Below, one piece after another: positions 1 through 12,083 of a stretch of 64,000 bases of DNA (positions within the stretch are counted from its first letter, which is position 1; every line of letters starts with the position of its first letter). A program made the translations under genes and the position numbers. Below the pieces are notes generated by a model. It searched no databases and was not told the origin of the DNA. It was given only the letters and a program-made list of their open reading frames with translations. The DNA comes from Gemmatimonadota bacterium (GTDB taxonomy: Bacteria > Gemmatimonadota > Gemmatimonadetes > Palauibacterales > Palauibacteraceae). The stretch covers positions 2,048,001 to 2,112,000 of the forward strand of contig OY762926.1 of the NCBI GenBank assembly GCA_963666735.1, read 5' to 3'.

Positions 1-179
1 GGCGAGCGCGATCCTCGGGCCGGCGGACAACTATGGAGGACGGGTCTCGTTCCGGCGTCTCGTTCCTTTTACGGCCGTCCTCGTCCTCATCTTCGGACTC
101 ATCCGCATGCGCGACCGGCGGGCCGGCGGCTACCGGGCCGTCCGCATCGGGACGGAGCCGGACGACGGATGACGCACGG

Positions 180-1379
180 ATGACTCGTCGCCTCAGCTAC
201 GGGATGGTCGGGGGTGGCCCCGGGGCCTTCATCGGGGACGTGCACCGGATGGCCGCGGAACTCGACGGTCGCGCGCGCATCGCGGCCGGCGCCTTCTCGT
301 CGGACGCCGAGCGATCGGCCGCCAAGGGGGCCGAGATCGGACTGGACCCGGACCGGGTCTTCGGGAGTTACGCGGAGATGGCGGAGTCCGAGGCGGCACG
401 CGCGGGAGACGGCCGGCTGGACTTCGTCATCATCGTCACGCCGAACCATCTCCACTTCGATGTGGCGCGCACCTTCCTCGAGGCGGGCTTCCATGTGGTG
501 TGCGACAAGCCGTTGACGACGGAACTCGGGGACGCGGAGGCGCTGTGCCGGCTCGTGGCCGGCGGCGACCGCGCGTTCGCCCTCACGCACAACTACGGCG
601 GCTATCCGATGATCAAGGACGCGCGCCACCTGGTGCGCGGGGGGACGCTGGGGGAGATCCGCCGCATCCAACTCGAGTACTTCCAGGGGTGGCTGGCGAC
701 GCCGCTCGAGGAAATCGGGCACCCGCAGGCGGTGTGGCGCACGGACCCGGCGCAGGCGGGGGTGGCCGGGGCGCTGGGGGACATCGGGACGCACGCGCAT
801 CACCTGGCCCGCTACGTGACCGGGCTGGAAGTCGAGGCGTTGTGCGGCGAGCTGACGACGTTCGTGCCGGGACGGCGGCTCGAGGACGACGCGAGCCTGC
901 TCATGAGGTGGAACGGCGGGGTGCGGGGAACGCTGACGGTGTCGCAGGTGGCGGCGGGCGAGGAGAACGGGCTCGCGATCCGCGTGTTCGGGAGCGAGGG
1001 CTCGATCGCCTGGCGGCACGACGACGCGGAGACGCTGTGGCACCGGACACCGGACGGGCAGACCCGGGTGCGCCGCCGAGGACACGGCTGGATCTCGCCG
1101 GAGGCCCAGGGCGCTTCGCGGGTTCCGCCGGGCCACCCGGAGGGGTTCATCGAAGGCTTCGCGAACCTGTACGGGAGTGTGATCTCGACCATCGGAGCGC
1201 TCGACGAAGGGCGGACGCCGGACGCGGCGGACCTCGACTTCCCAACCGTGTGGGATGGGGCGCGCGGGGTTCACTTCCTCGACCGGGCGGTGGAGAGCGG
1301 GCGGCGCGGCGCATGGGTGGACGCGCGCTACGCACCGCCGGGGGAACCGCCCGCAGAGCCCTGGGAGCCTGCGCCATGA
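180..1379 (+). CDS. Gfo/Idh/MocA family NAD(P)-dependent oxidoreductase
   Basis: N-terminal [12 protein letters not shown]ossmann motif, VTPNHLH, CDKP and DIGTHA motifs; ATG at 180 chosen over the low-complexity upstream extension. Confidence 0.9.
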   Translation: MTRRLSYGMVGGGPGAFIGDVHRMAAELDGRARIAAGAFSSDAERSAAKGAEIGLDPDRVFGSYAEMAESEAARAGDGRLDFVIIVTPNHLHFDVARTFLEAGFHVVCDKPLTTELGDAEALCRLVAGGDRAFALTHNYGGYPMIKDARHLVRGGTLGEIRRIQLEYFQGWLATPLEEIGHPQAVWRTDPAQAGVAGALGDIGTHAHHLARYVTGLEVEALCGELTTFVPGRRLEDDASLLMRWNGGVRGTLTVSQVAAGEENGLAIRVFGSEGSIAWRHDDAETLWHRTPDGQTRVRRRGHGWISPEAQGASRVPPGHPEGFIEGFANLYGSVISTIGALDEGRTPDAADLDFPTVWDGARGVHFLDRAVESGRRGAWVDARYAPPGEPPAEPWEPAP

Positions 1380-2380
1380 GTACGCGACCGATCACGCTGT
1401 TCACCGGCCAGTGGGCGGACATGCCGCTGGCGACGCTCGCCGGGAAAGCGGCTGCGTGGGGCTACGACGGGCTCGAGCTCGCCTGCTGGGGCGACCACTT
1501 CGACGTTGTGCGGGCGGCCGAGGAAGACGGCTACGCCGCCGGGCAGCGCGACCTGCTGGCGGCCCACGGCCTCGAGGTGCATGCGATCGCCAACCATCTT
1601 GTCGGTCAGGCCGTGTGCGATCCGATCGATGCCCGCCACCGGCTGATTCTGCCGGAGCGCGTGTGGGGCGATGGCGACCCCGGGGGCGTGCGGCGGCGGG
1701 CCGCGGCGGAAATGAGCCGGTCGGCGGCCGCGGCGGCTGCGCTCGGCGTCCCGGTCGTGAACGGCTTCACCGGCAGCTCGATCTGGGCCGCCGCGTACGC
1801 CTTCCCCCCGCACCCGCCCGGCTTCAACGAGGCCGGGTTCGCCGACTTTGCGGAGCGCTGGAACCCGATCCTGGACGCGTTCGACGCGGCGGGCGTGAAG
1901 TTCGCCCTCGAAGTCCACCCCACCGAGATCGCCTTCGACGCCGCCAGCGCGGCGCGCGCCGTGGAGGCTGTGAAGGGACGCCCAGCCTTCGGCTTCAACT
2001 ACGACCCCAGCCATCTCGCCTACCAGGGCGTCGACTACGTCGCCTTCATCCTCGAATTCGGCGACCGCATCCACCACGCCCACATGAAGGATGTGTGGTG
2101 GTCGGACACGCCGACCCGCTCCGGCGTGTTCGGAGGCCACTTGGACTTCGGGCACGCGGACCGCGGTTGGGATTTCCGTTCCATCGGACGCGGGCGCGTG
2201 GACTTCGAGGAGATCCTGCGGGCGCTGGACCGCGTGGGCTACGCGGGGCCCCTCTCGATCGAGTGGGAAGACAGCGGCATGGACCGCGAACACGGCGCCC
2301 GGGAGGCCTGCGAGCGCCTCCGGGCGATGACCTTCCCGCCTTCCGCGACCGCCTTCGACGCCGCCTTCTCCGAAGACTGA
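1376..2380 (+). CDS. Sugar phosphate isomerase/epimerase (xylose-isomerase-like TIM barrel)
   Basis: [36 protein letters not shown] metal-binding motifs; ATGA overlap with upstream gene. Confidence 0.9.
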   Translation: MSTRPITLFTGQWADMPLATLAGKAAAWGYDGLELACWGDHFDVVRAAEEDGYAAGQRDLLAAHGLEVHAIANHLVGQAVCDPIDARHRLILPERVWGDGDPGGVRRRAAAEMSRSAAAAAALGVPVVNGFTGSSIWAAAYAFPPHPPGFNEAGFADFAERWNPILDAFDAAGVKFALEVHPTEIAFDAASAARAVEAVKGRPAFGFNYDPSHLAYQGVDYVAFILEFGDRIHHAHMKDVWWSDTPTRSGVFGGHLDFGHADRGWDFRSIGRGRVDFEEILRALDRVGYAGPLSIEWEDSGMDREHGAREACERLRAMTFPPSATAFDAAFSED

Positions 2381-2523
2381 CCCCGAGCTCCACGTGGTCG
2401 AGCGCGACGATGCTTCGAGCCCGGTCGTTTCTTGCAGCGCAACGCTGCACGGAACTGGAACTGGTCGTTCCGGCGGCGCCGGCATCACAGCCCTGAGCGA
2501 GGCCTTCGGCCGGATCCGGAACG

Positions 2524-4464
2524 CTATGGAGGGACGCCGCTCCAGAGGGCGTTGACGCCGGTTTCGTAGGGTAGGACGTGGCCGGCGCTCGCACTGTCCG
2601 GGATGACGAAGATGGGCGTTCGGCCGGGGTGTGCCTCGATGAGGCGCGCGTTCGCTTCCGGCCCGAGATCCCGGGTCCAGAGTACGCCCGAGCCGCCGAG
2701 CCCGGGCAGATCCCCGCGCCACAGGTAGCTGGTGAGGCCCATCGCGCCGAGCCGGTCGGCCGCCGCCTCGCGCCGGCACCGATCGACCACCTCTTCCGGT
2801 CGTTGCGCTCCGACGAGGGCACCCTCGAGGCGGCACGGCGAATACTGATTGATGAGCGCCCGAACGCTGTCGAGCCTCATGGGGCGCGCGGCGAGCCGGG
2901 CGCCGATCCGGTCCTGCCACGACTCGTGCACGAACACGAGCGACGGGCCGGGCTCCGCGATCTCCGGGACGAGCGGGGCGCGGCTTCCCAGGCGCACGAC
3001 GCGCTCGGCCCCCCCCACGGCCAGGCCGTAGGCGAGCGAGACGAGGACGAGGACGGCGATCCCGTCCGACAGCCACGGCCGCCGGCGCGCGCGAGAGAGA
3101 CCGACCGCCGCGAGGACGAGAAGCGCGGCCCACGCGGGCACGGCCTCGCCGAGCATGCGCGGCCCGAACACGAGATCGTGATGCCAGTAGAGGGCGCTCG
3201 CCAGGATCGGCAGGAAGGCCCACGCGGCGAGGATGCGCTCGCCGCGCTGCAAGCGGCGCGCGAAGAGCAGGTAGAGTCCGATGAGCGCGGCGACGGGCAG
3301 CGCGGCGCCAAAGAGTTCGCGCCCGACCGAAAGCAGTTCGGTCGACGTGTAGCCCAGCGCCTGCGTGAAGCCGTACATGCGGCCCCAGGGGTCGATGTGG
3401 AAGCCGAGGCCGTGGCTCGGGCCGGTGGCCGCGGTATAGCCGAGGGTGAGCGGGCTGCCGAAGAAGTGGGCGTTGAACCAGCCGAGACCGACCGCGAACG
3501 GGAGGCCGCCCAGGACCCACCAGGCGAAGCGGCGCAGGAGCCACGGCCGGTGCAGGCCCGGCCCCTGGCGCGGCGCGGTCAGCCACACGCCGGCCGTCAC
3601 GGCGGCGCCGATGAGCAGGCCGGAGACGGGGCGCGTCGTGACCATGAAGCCCATCGCGGCGCCCGCAGCAAGCGCCCACACGGCCCGGCCCGTCTCGGCC
3701 CGGAGCGACAGCCAGAGGGCGAGCGCGGCGAAAGCCGCCACGGTCGCGTGGTTCATGTAGGCCCCGGCCAGGGCCAGCAGCATGGGGCTGGTGACGGCGA
3801 GCAGCGCGCCGAGCCGGGCGACCGCGACCCGGTCGGGCAACAGGCGCTCGAACGACAGGACGGAGAAGACGCCGAGCATCCCCATCGCTCCCGCCATCGC
3901 GACCCACGGACCTCCCAGCCGGAAGCCAGCCGCAAGCCACAGGGCGTGGGCCGGGGGGTACTGGGACACCCACCCCGCGGGCGTCTGCACCATGAACTGC
4001 ATCGACCAGAACTCGGGCATCGAGAGCGGAGGCCCGGCCAGTGCCCCGGCGGCGAAGTAGCGAGCCTGCAGGAGTTGCACGCTCGCGTCGTTGACGAGGG
4101 TGCGCCCCTCGTACACCGCCAGCGCGACCGCGGCCGTGAGCCCGGCGCCCAGAAGCCCGATGAACGCGGCTGCCATCCATGCCGGCGGCCGCTCGATCGC
4201 CCGGCCGATCCGGGTGAGCATGCCGGACAGCCTCCCTCCCCCGAACATCCCTGCCAGAACGGCGACTCCGACCGCGAGGAGGGTCCAGACGCCGGCCGTG
4301 ACGCCCCAACTGTACGTCCAGTGCTCGAACCCCGACCGCCGCATGAGGTCGTCCAGCGCGCCCGGAGGCGCGGCCGGATCGAGCACCACGAAGACGGGGA
4401 CGACGACAAGCACGACCAGCGCGAGTCCCACCACCCGCCGGCCCGCATCGAGGAATAGGTTCAT
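2524..4464 (-). CDS. Polytopic membrane protein, probable GT-C (ArnT/PMT-like) glycosyltransferase
   Basis: Many hydrophobic helices, ND..YPP-type loop (VSQYPP), TTRP, YWHHD..GPR motifs; start MNLFLD at 4464. Confidence 0.6.
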   Translation of the reverse strand: MNLFLDAGRRVVGLALVVLVVVPVFVVLDPAAPPGALDDLMRRSGFEHWTYSWGVTAGVWTLLAVGVAVLAGMFGGGRLSGMLTRIGRAIERPPAWMAAAFIGLLGAGLTAAVALAVYEGRTLVNDASVQLLQARYFAAGALAGPPLSMPEFWSMQFMVQTPAGWVSQYPPAHALWLAAGFRLGGPWVAMAGAMGMLGVFSVLSFERLLPDRVAVARLGALLAVTSPMLLALAGAYMNHATVAAFAALALWLSLRAETGRAVWALAAGAAMGFMVTTRPVSGLLIGAAVTAGVWLTAPRQGPGLHRPWLLRRFAWWVLGGLPFAVGLGWFNAHFFGSPLTLGYTAATGPSHGLGFHIDPWGRMYGFTQALGYTSTELLSVGRELFGAALPVAALIGLYLLFARRLQRGERILAAWAFLPILASALYWHHDLVFGPRMLGEAVPAWAALLVLAAVGLSRARRRPWLSDGIAVLVLVSLAYGLAVGGAERVVRLGSRAPLVPEIAEPGPSLVFVHESWQDRIGARLAARPMRLDSVRALINQYSPCRLEGALVGAQRPEEVVDRCRREAAADRLGAMGLTSYLWRGDLPGLGGSGVLWTRDLGPEANARLIEAHPGRTPIFVIPDSASAGHVLPYETGVNALWSGVPP

Positions 4465-4553
4465 GCCGGTGAAGCTACACCCGAGCTCCCCGCCTGTCTG
4501 CGATGATCCGCGGCTGCCTGCCCGCGGCGAGGCGCCGGCAGGCCCGGCGGTGC

Positions 4554-4581
4554 TTGACTCGCACCGCGCCCCATCTACCTT
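4554..4581 (+). promoter_or_regulatory. Possible sigma70-type promoter for the ABC operon
   Basis: TTGACT-16 bp-TACCTT in the divergent intergenic region. Confidence 0.35.
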
Positions 4582-4744
4582 TCCCGGCTCCGTCGGGGAG
4601 ACCCCCGCCGGGGACGATCCGAACGCCGCCGCGGCGCGGGCAACAATTCGACCCCGCTCGACTGTCCATCGGCGGGTCAGCCCGGCGATGTCCCGTCGAC
4701 CACGGGCGGTTCGCACACTCCAACCCGGATCCGGCGTCACTCGC

Positions 4745-5763
<1,019 letters not shown>

Positions 5764-5767
<4 letters not shown>

Positions 5768-8019
5768 TCGGCCGCATTCTGACCGTCGCCAGGCGCGAAT
5801 TCGCGGGCTACTTCGACCACGCGACCGCCTACATCCTCCTCGTCATCTTCTTCGGGATCAACTTCTATTTCTACTTCCAGGAGGCCTATCTCCTCGGCGA
5901 GGCCTCGCTGCGGCCCATGTTGTCGCTCCTCCCGTGGCTTCTGCTCTTCTTCATTCCGGCCGTCTGCATGCGGTCGTTCGCCGAGGAGCGGAACGCGGGG
6001 ACGCTCGAACTCGTGCTCGCCCAGCCAATCCAGGTCGTGGAGTTCCTGCTCGGCAAGTTCCTCGGCGTCCTCTTCTTCCTGTCGGTCGCCATGGCGGGGA
6101 CGCTGGGCATCCCGCTCGGCCTCACGCTCGGCGCGGACCTTCAGTGGGGTGTGATCTTCTCGCAGTACCTGGGATCGATGTTCCTCATCTCGGCCCTCAT
6201 CGCGGTCGGCCTGTGGGCGTCCTCGCTCACGAGAAACCAGGTGACCGCGTTCATCATCGGCGTCACGGTCGGCTTCGCCCTCTACCTCATCGGACTCCCC
6301 ACGGTCACGCTCTCCCTCCCCGGCCCGTTCGCCGCGGTGGCGGCGCGCCTGGGCGTGCTCGGGCACTTCTCGAACGTGGCGCGAGGCGTGATCGACCTGC
6401 GGGACGTCCTGTACTTCGCGGCACTCGGGACGGCGTTCCTCTCGCTCACGTATTTCTCCGTCATGCGCGAACGCCTGAGCCGCGGCAGGCCGGCGTACGG
6501 GCGGCTCCGCGTGGGCGTGCTCGGCCTGGTCGGGATCGCGATCTTCGCCGCGCTGGCGGGCGGGCAGTTGCGCGGCCGGATCGACCTCACGCCCGGCAAG
6601 GTCTACACGCTGTCCCCGCCGACGGCCGACCTGCTGCGCGGCCTCGACGACCTCGTGACGCTCAAGCTCTTCCAGTCCGCGGAACTCCCGGCGCAACTCA
6701 TGCCCGTGAGCCGGGACGTGGACGATCTTCTCCGGGATCTCGACGCCACCGGCGGCGCCAACGTGAACCTCGTCCGCGCGAACCCGGACGAGGATCCCGA
6801 CGCCCGGGAGGAGGCGGGACTGCTCGGCATCCGCCCCGTGCCGTTCCAGGTCTTCGCCGATGACGAGGTGTCGTACCAGGAGCGCTATTTTGCGCTCGCG
6901 GTCCAGTACGCCGGCGATAGCCAGATAATCCCCCTCATCCGGCAGACGGCCGACCTCGAGTACCGCCTCGCTTCGATGATCCGGGCCCTCACGCGCCCGG
7001 AACGTCCCGCCATCGGGATCCTGACCGGGCACGGCGAGCTGAGTCTGGACGCGGGGCTTCGGATCGCCCGCGGCCGGCTCCAACTGGAATACGATGTGAT
7101 GGAGTTCCGCATCGACTCGACGACCGCGGCGGTGCCGGATTCGATCGACGTGCTCGTGATCGCCGGTGGCACATCGCCCCTGGAGCCCGCGGCCGGCGAA
7201 ATCATGAGCCGGTTCGTCGACGAGGGAGGGAGCCTCTTTGTCCTCAAGTCCGGCGTGACGGCGGACATGCAGGCGCGCTACGCGGGCCCCACCTTCGATC
7301 CGGCCCTCGACTCTCTTCTGCAGGCGCGCGGACTCGGCATCGTCCCGTCGATGGCTTTCGATCTGCTCGTCAACGAACAGGTGCAGGTCCCGTCCCAGGG
7401 TGGCGCCTTCATCGTGGAGTATCCGCTGTGGATGCTCGCCCAGCCGGCCTCCGGACACGTGATCGTGGACGGCGTGGCGAACGTGCCGATCCGATACGGA
7501 AGCCCGCTGCTGGTCGAGGTGGAAGACAGCACGCTCGTGACGCCGCTTCTCACCACCTCCGAGGGAGGCGGACGGCTGCAGACCCCGCTCTCGATCGACG
7601 CGATGCAGGAGTGGGCCGCGGTCATCGCGCCGGGCGGGGAGCTCTCGGAGGGAGATGTGGCGATGGAGACGCTCGCCCTGGCCTACACCCAGCCGGACGG
7701 AGGCCGCATCGTCCTCGCGGGCTCCTCGTCGCTGATCCACGACGAGACGCTCTCGCAATCGATGTCCGGGCTGGCCGGGATGGTCTTCTTCCAGAACGCG
7801 ATCGATTGGCTCGCCCAGGACGAGGCGTTGATCTCGATCCGGTCCAAGGACCGCGCGCCGCCGCTGCTCCTCTTCCCCAACGAATGGCTCCCGGACGTGA
7901 CCCGGTACGGGAACATGGCCGGCGTTCCGCTGCTCTTCGTCCTCGTCGGCGTGCTGCGGCTCGCGCGCCGCCGGCAGGTGCAGCAGCGTTCGTTCACGGA
8001 GGGAGGAGCGCTCGTATGA
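5764..8019 (+). CDS. ABC-2 permease fused to GldG-like auxiliary domain (GldF-GldG fusion)
   Basis: MRSFAEERNAGTLELVL permease motif, GVIDLRDVLYF, RIDLT..YTLS, LTGHGE, C-terminal TM helix. Confidence 0.85.
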
Positions 8020-8945
8020 ACGCCAGGCAACTGAAGGTCATCGCGGTCGTGCTCGGCGTGGCGGTCCTCCTCTACCTGCCCCGGCTGTTCAGGGACAGCG
8101 GCGCGGGAGGGACGCTGGATGTCGGGGACGGCTTCTCCTTCGTGGTGACGGACTCCATCGCGGGCGTGGACATCGTGGTCGCGGACGACGCCGGCACGGT
8201 GCGCCTCGAGCGGACGGACGCGGGGTGGACGGTCGACGGCTACGTGGCGGACGAACCGAAGATCCGCGGCCTCCTGGACGTGATCGGGCGGCTCTCCTCG
8301 TCGGAACTCATCGCGCGCAACCCGTCGAATCACGCGAACCTGGGCGTCGCGGAGGGCGGCCGGCAGGTCGAAGTGCGGACGGTCGGTGGAGACGTGCGGC
8401 GGTTCCATCTCGGCGAGCGCGACACGCGTTCCGGGGGGTATTTCGTGCGTCTTCCCGGCGACGATGTCGTCTACCGGCTCGACGGTCCGGCCGGAGGTTA
8501 CCTGAACCGCGACCGCGACGGGTGGCGCCCGCGCCTGATCGCCTCCGTGGACACCGCCGGCGTACGCGAAATCCTCATGCGCCGCGGGGACCGGGAGGCC
8601 GTGCTGCGCCGGAGCGATGAGGGGTGGCTCGCCGGGGACGCGCCGGCGGATTCGGCGCTCGTGCAGAGGCTCCTCGCCATCCTGCCCTCCGTCTCCGCTT
8701 CCGGCTTCCCCACGGATGAGGAAGAGGCGGCCGCCGACTTCACGCTCGCGGACGGATCGTTCGAAGTGTTCTCGGAGGGGTCCGCGGACGTGACCAGCCG
8801 GCGCCTCGAACTCGCGATCCTGCTGCTGGAGGACGAGGAGCGCGGAGACTGGGTCGCCCGCATCGCGGACGGAACGGAAGCCTTCCGGCTCTCCGGCCTC
8901 ACCGTGAACCGCCTGCTCCCGGAGGCGCTGCTCCCCGTCCCCTAG
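8016..8945 (+). CDS. DUF4340-type membrane-anchored protein of the ABC operon
   Basis: N-terminal TM, repeated W-x-V-D-G..AD..K/L units; ATGA overlap; typical position after GldG-like gene. Confidence 0.7.
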   Translation: MNARQLKVIAVVLGVAVLLYLPRLFRDSGAGGTLDVGDGFSFVVTDSIAGVDIVVADDAGTVRLERTDAGWTVDGYVADEPKIRGLLDVIGRLSSSELIARNPSNHANLGVAEGGRQVEVRTVGGDVRRFHLGERDTRSGGYFVRLPGDDVVYRLDGPAGGYLNRDRDGWRPRLIASVDTAGVREILMRRGDREAVLRRSDEGWLAGDAPADSALVQRLLAILPSVSASGFPTDEEEAAADFTLADGSFEVFSEGSADVTSRRLELAILLLEDEERGDWVARIADGTEAFRLSGLTVNRLLPEALLPVP

Positions 8946-9982
8946 CTGTAGATGCCACGATGGTTGTTCACCGGATCGACGAGTAGAATGAGAGTTCCTA
9001 TCAGAGAATTCACACCCTACTCGTCGGAGGATCCGGTGAACGTGCACAAGAATGCGAAGTTGACGCCCGCGGGGCGAGCGGTGCTGGTGAAGCGGGTGCT
9101 GGCCGGGGAGCCGGTCGAGGTGGTGACGCGGGAGATGGGGGTGAGCCGCCGGACGGGGTTCAAGTGGCTCAAGCGGTTCCGGGAGGAGGGAGAGGAAGGG
9201 CTTCTGGACCGTAGCTCGAGGCCGCACCATCACCCGCGCCGGATCCCTCGGCAACGGCGCCGCCGGATCGAGCGGTTGAGGCGGGAGCGCTGGAGCTGTC
9301 CGCGGATCGCCGATCAGTTGAACATGCCGGTCTCGACGGTGACGCTGGAGGTGAGGCGGCTGGGTCTGAGCCGGTTGGAGAAGCTGGCGCCTCCGGAGCC
9401 GGTGGTGCGCTACGAACGGTCGCGGCCGGGGTCTCTGGTGCACATGGACATCAAGAAGCTCGCGCGGATCGTACGGCCCGGACACCGGATCGACGGGGAC
9501 CGGAGCAAGAGGGTCCGGGGCGCGGGGTGGGAGTACTACCACGCGGCGGTCGACGACGCGTCGCGGGTCGCCTGCGGAGATGTGCTGCCCGGCGAGCGGA
9601 AGGAGGACGCGGTGGCGTTCCTGTTGCGGGTGGTCGCCTTCTTCGGGAGCCAGGGGGTGAAGATCGGCCAGCTCATGACCGACAACGGGGGCTGCTACCG
9701 GTCGAAACGGTTCCGACGGGTGCTCCGGGAACTCGGGATCAAGCACATCTTCACCCGTCCCTACACGCCCAGGACCAACGGGAAGGTGGAGCGCTTCATC
9801 CGCACCTCGCTCGCGGAGTGGGCCTACGGCCGGTCCTATCCCCACTCGCGCGTGCGGACGGAAGTCCTCCGCATCTGGCTCCGCTACTACAACCTGAGGC
9901 GAAGACACACCGCCATCGGACGGCTCACACCCATGCAAAGACTCGTCGAGCTAAGGGTCACCAACGTCCTTGGCATCTACAG
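8946..9982 (+). mobile_element. IS481-family insertion sequence
   Basis: Terminal inverted repeats CTGTAGATGCCAcGatgGTTGtTcACC vs reverse complement of right end CTGTAGATGCCAaGgacGTTGgTgACC; flanked by CTAG at 8942-8945 and 9983-9986. Confidence 0.92.
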
Positions 9983-9986
9983 CTAG
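9036..9986 (+). CDS. IS481-family DDE transposase
   Basis: GTG start after GGAGG; (M)NVHKNAKLT N-terminus, HTH, HMDIK / MTDNG / NGKVER DDE triad, YTPRTNGK. Confidence 0.93.
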   Translation: MNVHKNAKLTPAGRAVLVKRVLAGEPVEVVTREMGVSRRTGFKWLKRFREEGEEGLLDRSSRPHHHPRRIPRQRRRRIERLRRERWSCPRIADQLNMPVSTVTLEVRRLGLSRLEKLAPPEPVVRYERSRPGSLVHMDIKKLARIVRPGHRIDGDRSKRVRGAGWEYYHAAVDDASRVACGDVLPGERKEDAVAFLLRVVAFFGSQGVKIGQLMTDNGGCYRSKRFRRVLRELGIKHIFTRPYTPRTNGKVERFIRTSLAEWAYGRSYPHSRVRTEVLRIWLRYYNLRRRHTAIGRLTPMQRLVELRVTNVLGIYS

Positions 9987-9992
9987 CGCAGC

Positions 9993-10038
9993 GTCAGCCG
10001 GGTTCGGTCAGTCGCGCCGTGTCAGCCGGGTTCGGTCA
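9993..10038. repeat. 18-bp direct repeat duplicating the fumC 3' end
   Basis: GTCAGCCGGGTTCGGTCA at 9993-10010 and 10021-10038. Confidence 0.85.
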
Positions 10039-11410
10039 TCGCGCGGAAGTCCAGGATGCGGTCGAGTTCCGCCGGGGCGACGAGCCCCTGCTCCAGTACG
10101 AGTTCCTTCAGCGTGCGGTCTTCCGCGAGGCTGAGCTTGGCGAGTTCGGCCGCCTTGTCGTACCCGATGACGGGCGCGAGCGCCGTGGCGAGCGCCGCGG
10201 TGGATTCCGCGTTCCGAAGACAGCGCTCCTCGTTCGCCGTGATCCCCCGGACGCAGCGTTCGGCGAACTCGACGCTCACCGTGGAGAGAATCCGGACGCT
10301 CTGGAGCAGGTTGTGGGCCATCACGGGGATCATGACGTTGAGTTCGAGGTTCCCCGACTGCCCGCCCACGACGATCGCGGCGTCGTTGCCGATGACCTGC
10401 GCACAGACCTGAAGCACCGATTCCGCCATCACCGGGTTGACCTTGCCCGGCATGATGGACGAACCCGGCTGCACCGCGGGAAGATTGATTTCGCCCAGGC
10501 CCGTGCGCGGACCGGATGACAGCCAGCGCAGATCGTTCGCGATCTTGGTCAGGCTCACCGCGACGGTCCGCAGCGCCCCGCTCGCCTCGACGACCGCGTC
10601 GCGCGCCGACTGCGCCTCGAAGTGGTTCGACGCCTCCACGAACGCGACGGCGAGGATCTCGCTCAGCGCGGCCGACATCCGGGCGCCGAAGTCGGCTGGC
10701 GTGTTGATGCCGGTCCCCACCGCGGTCCCTCCGATGGCGAGTTCCGCGAGCGCGGGACGGACGGCCTCGACGCGCCGGATCCCGTGCCTCAGCTGGCTGG
10801 CGTAGCCGCCGAACTCCTGTCCCAGGCGGACGGGCGTCGCGTCCTGCAGGTGCGTGCGCCCCGCCTTCGCGATGTGGTCGAATTCCTCCGCCTTCTCCGC
10901 GAGCGCCGCGCGCAGCCGTTCCAGCGCGGGCAGAAGTTCGCGCTCGATCGCGACCAGTCCCGAGACGTGGGTGGCGGTGGGGATCACGTCGTTCGACGAC
11001 TGCCCCAGATTGACGTGATCGTTGGGGTGGACGGGGCTTCGCGAACCCACGACGCCGCCCAGAAGCTGGATGGCGCGGTTCGCGATGACCTCGTTCGCGT
11101 TCATGTTCGTCGACGTGCCGGACCCGGTCTGGAAGATGTCCAGCACGAAATGGGAATCCAGATCCCCGCTCATGGCCTCCCCGGCCGCCCGCTCGATCGC
11201 CTCGCCGAGTTCGGGGTCGAGGAGTCCCAGGTCCCGGTTCACGCGGGAAGCCGCCAGCTTGATCGCGCCGAGCGCCTCGATGAAGCGGCGGCCGAAGCGG
11301 AGGTCGGAGATGGGGAAGTTCTGGCGGGCCCGCTCCGTCTGCGCTCCGTAGAGCCGGTCGGCGGGGATCGCCATCTCCCCCATGGAGTCCTTCTCTATGC
11401 GATGATCCAT
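10022..11410 (-). CDS. fumC: Class II fumarate hydratase
   Basis: RIEKDSMGE, QTGSGTSTNMNANE, GRTHLQDATP, GSSIMPGKVNP signature. Confidence 0.93.
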   Translation of the reverse strand: MDHRIEKDSMGEMAIPADRLYGAQTERARQNFPISDLRFGRRFIEALGAIKLAASRVNRDLGLLDPELGEAIERAAGEAMSGDLDSHFVLDIFQTGSGTSTNMNANEVIANRAIQLLGGVVGSRSPVHPNDHVNLGQSSNDVIPTATHVSGLVAIERELLPALERLRAALAEKAEEFDHIAKAGRTHLQDATPVRLGQEFGGYASQLRHGIRRVEAVRPALAELAIGGTAVGTGINTPADFGARMSAALSEILAVAFVEASNHFEAQSARDAVVEASGALRTVAVSLTKIANDLRWLSSGPRTGLGEINLPAVQPGSSIMPGKVNPVMAESVLQVCAQVIGNDAAIVVGGQSGNLELNVMIPVMAHNLLQSVRILSTVSVEFAERCVRGITANEERCLRNAESTAALATALAPVIGYDKAAELAKLSLAEDRTLKELVLEQGLVAPAELDRILDFRAMTEPG

Positions 11411-11426
11411 TCGTGGTTGTCCGTGA

Positions 11427-11951
11427 CTAGAACTCGATGAGGTCGCCGATGCGGATGCCGTTGGCGTCGAACCACCCCTGGTTCATCTCCAGCGCATACA
11501 TGGCGGGCGCGGCCGAGTCGTGGGTTTCCGTCGTCTGCGGCTCCATCTGCTGGATGTCGACGATGCGGCCCTCGCGATCGATGTACGCGATATCGAGCGG
11601 TATGAGCGTGTCCTTCATCCAGAACCCGAGGGTGCGCTGTTCGGGGTAGACGAACAGCATCCCCTGGTTCTCCTCGAGCGACTCCCGATACATGAGTCCG
11701 CGCTGACGTTCCTCGGCGTCATCGGCGATCTCGACCTGGATCTCGATCCCGCCCACCCGCAGCGGGACGAGTTCCGCGGCCTGGGCGACGGCGCCCGTGC
11801 CCGTCTCGACGGCCTGGCCGCCGTCCGCCATGTCGGGGTCGCGAACGCCCGCGTCCACTGCACCGCACGCCGGCAAAACGGCCGCGAGGGCCAACAACAT
11901 CAGCCCGAATCCGGGCTCTCTCCATCGTTCTTTCAGCCGTTCTCTCAGCAT
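11427..11951 (-). CDS. DUF192 family lipoprotein
   Basis: Lipobox LPAC; VEIAD..ERQRGLMYR, GMLFVY, FWMKDT.IPLDIAYID, ALEMNQG. Confidence 0.88.
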   Translation of the reverse strand: MLRERLKERWREPGFGLMLLALAAVLPACGAVDAGVRDPDMADGGQAVETGTGAVAQAAELVPLRVGGIEIQVEIADDAEERQRGLMYRESLEENQGMLFVYPEQRTLGFWMKDTLIPLDIAYIDREGRIVDIQQMEPQTTETHDSAAPAMYALEMNQGWFDANGIRIGDLIEF

Positions 11952-12083
11952 GTCAGATCGTCGTCATCCGGGTCGACTCCGTTGCGGCCTCCGCTCTCAC
12001 AGGGAAAACTAGCAGACGAGGTTGGGGTATGGAACGAGGTGGCGGGGCCGACGGGCGGAGGACCGCGGATAAAGGGGGGCGGC

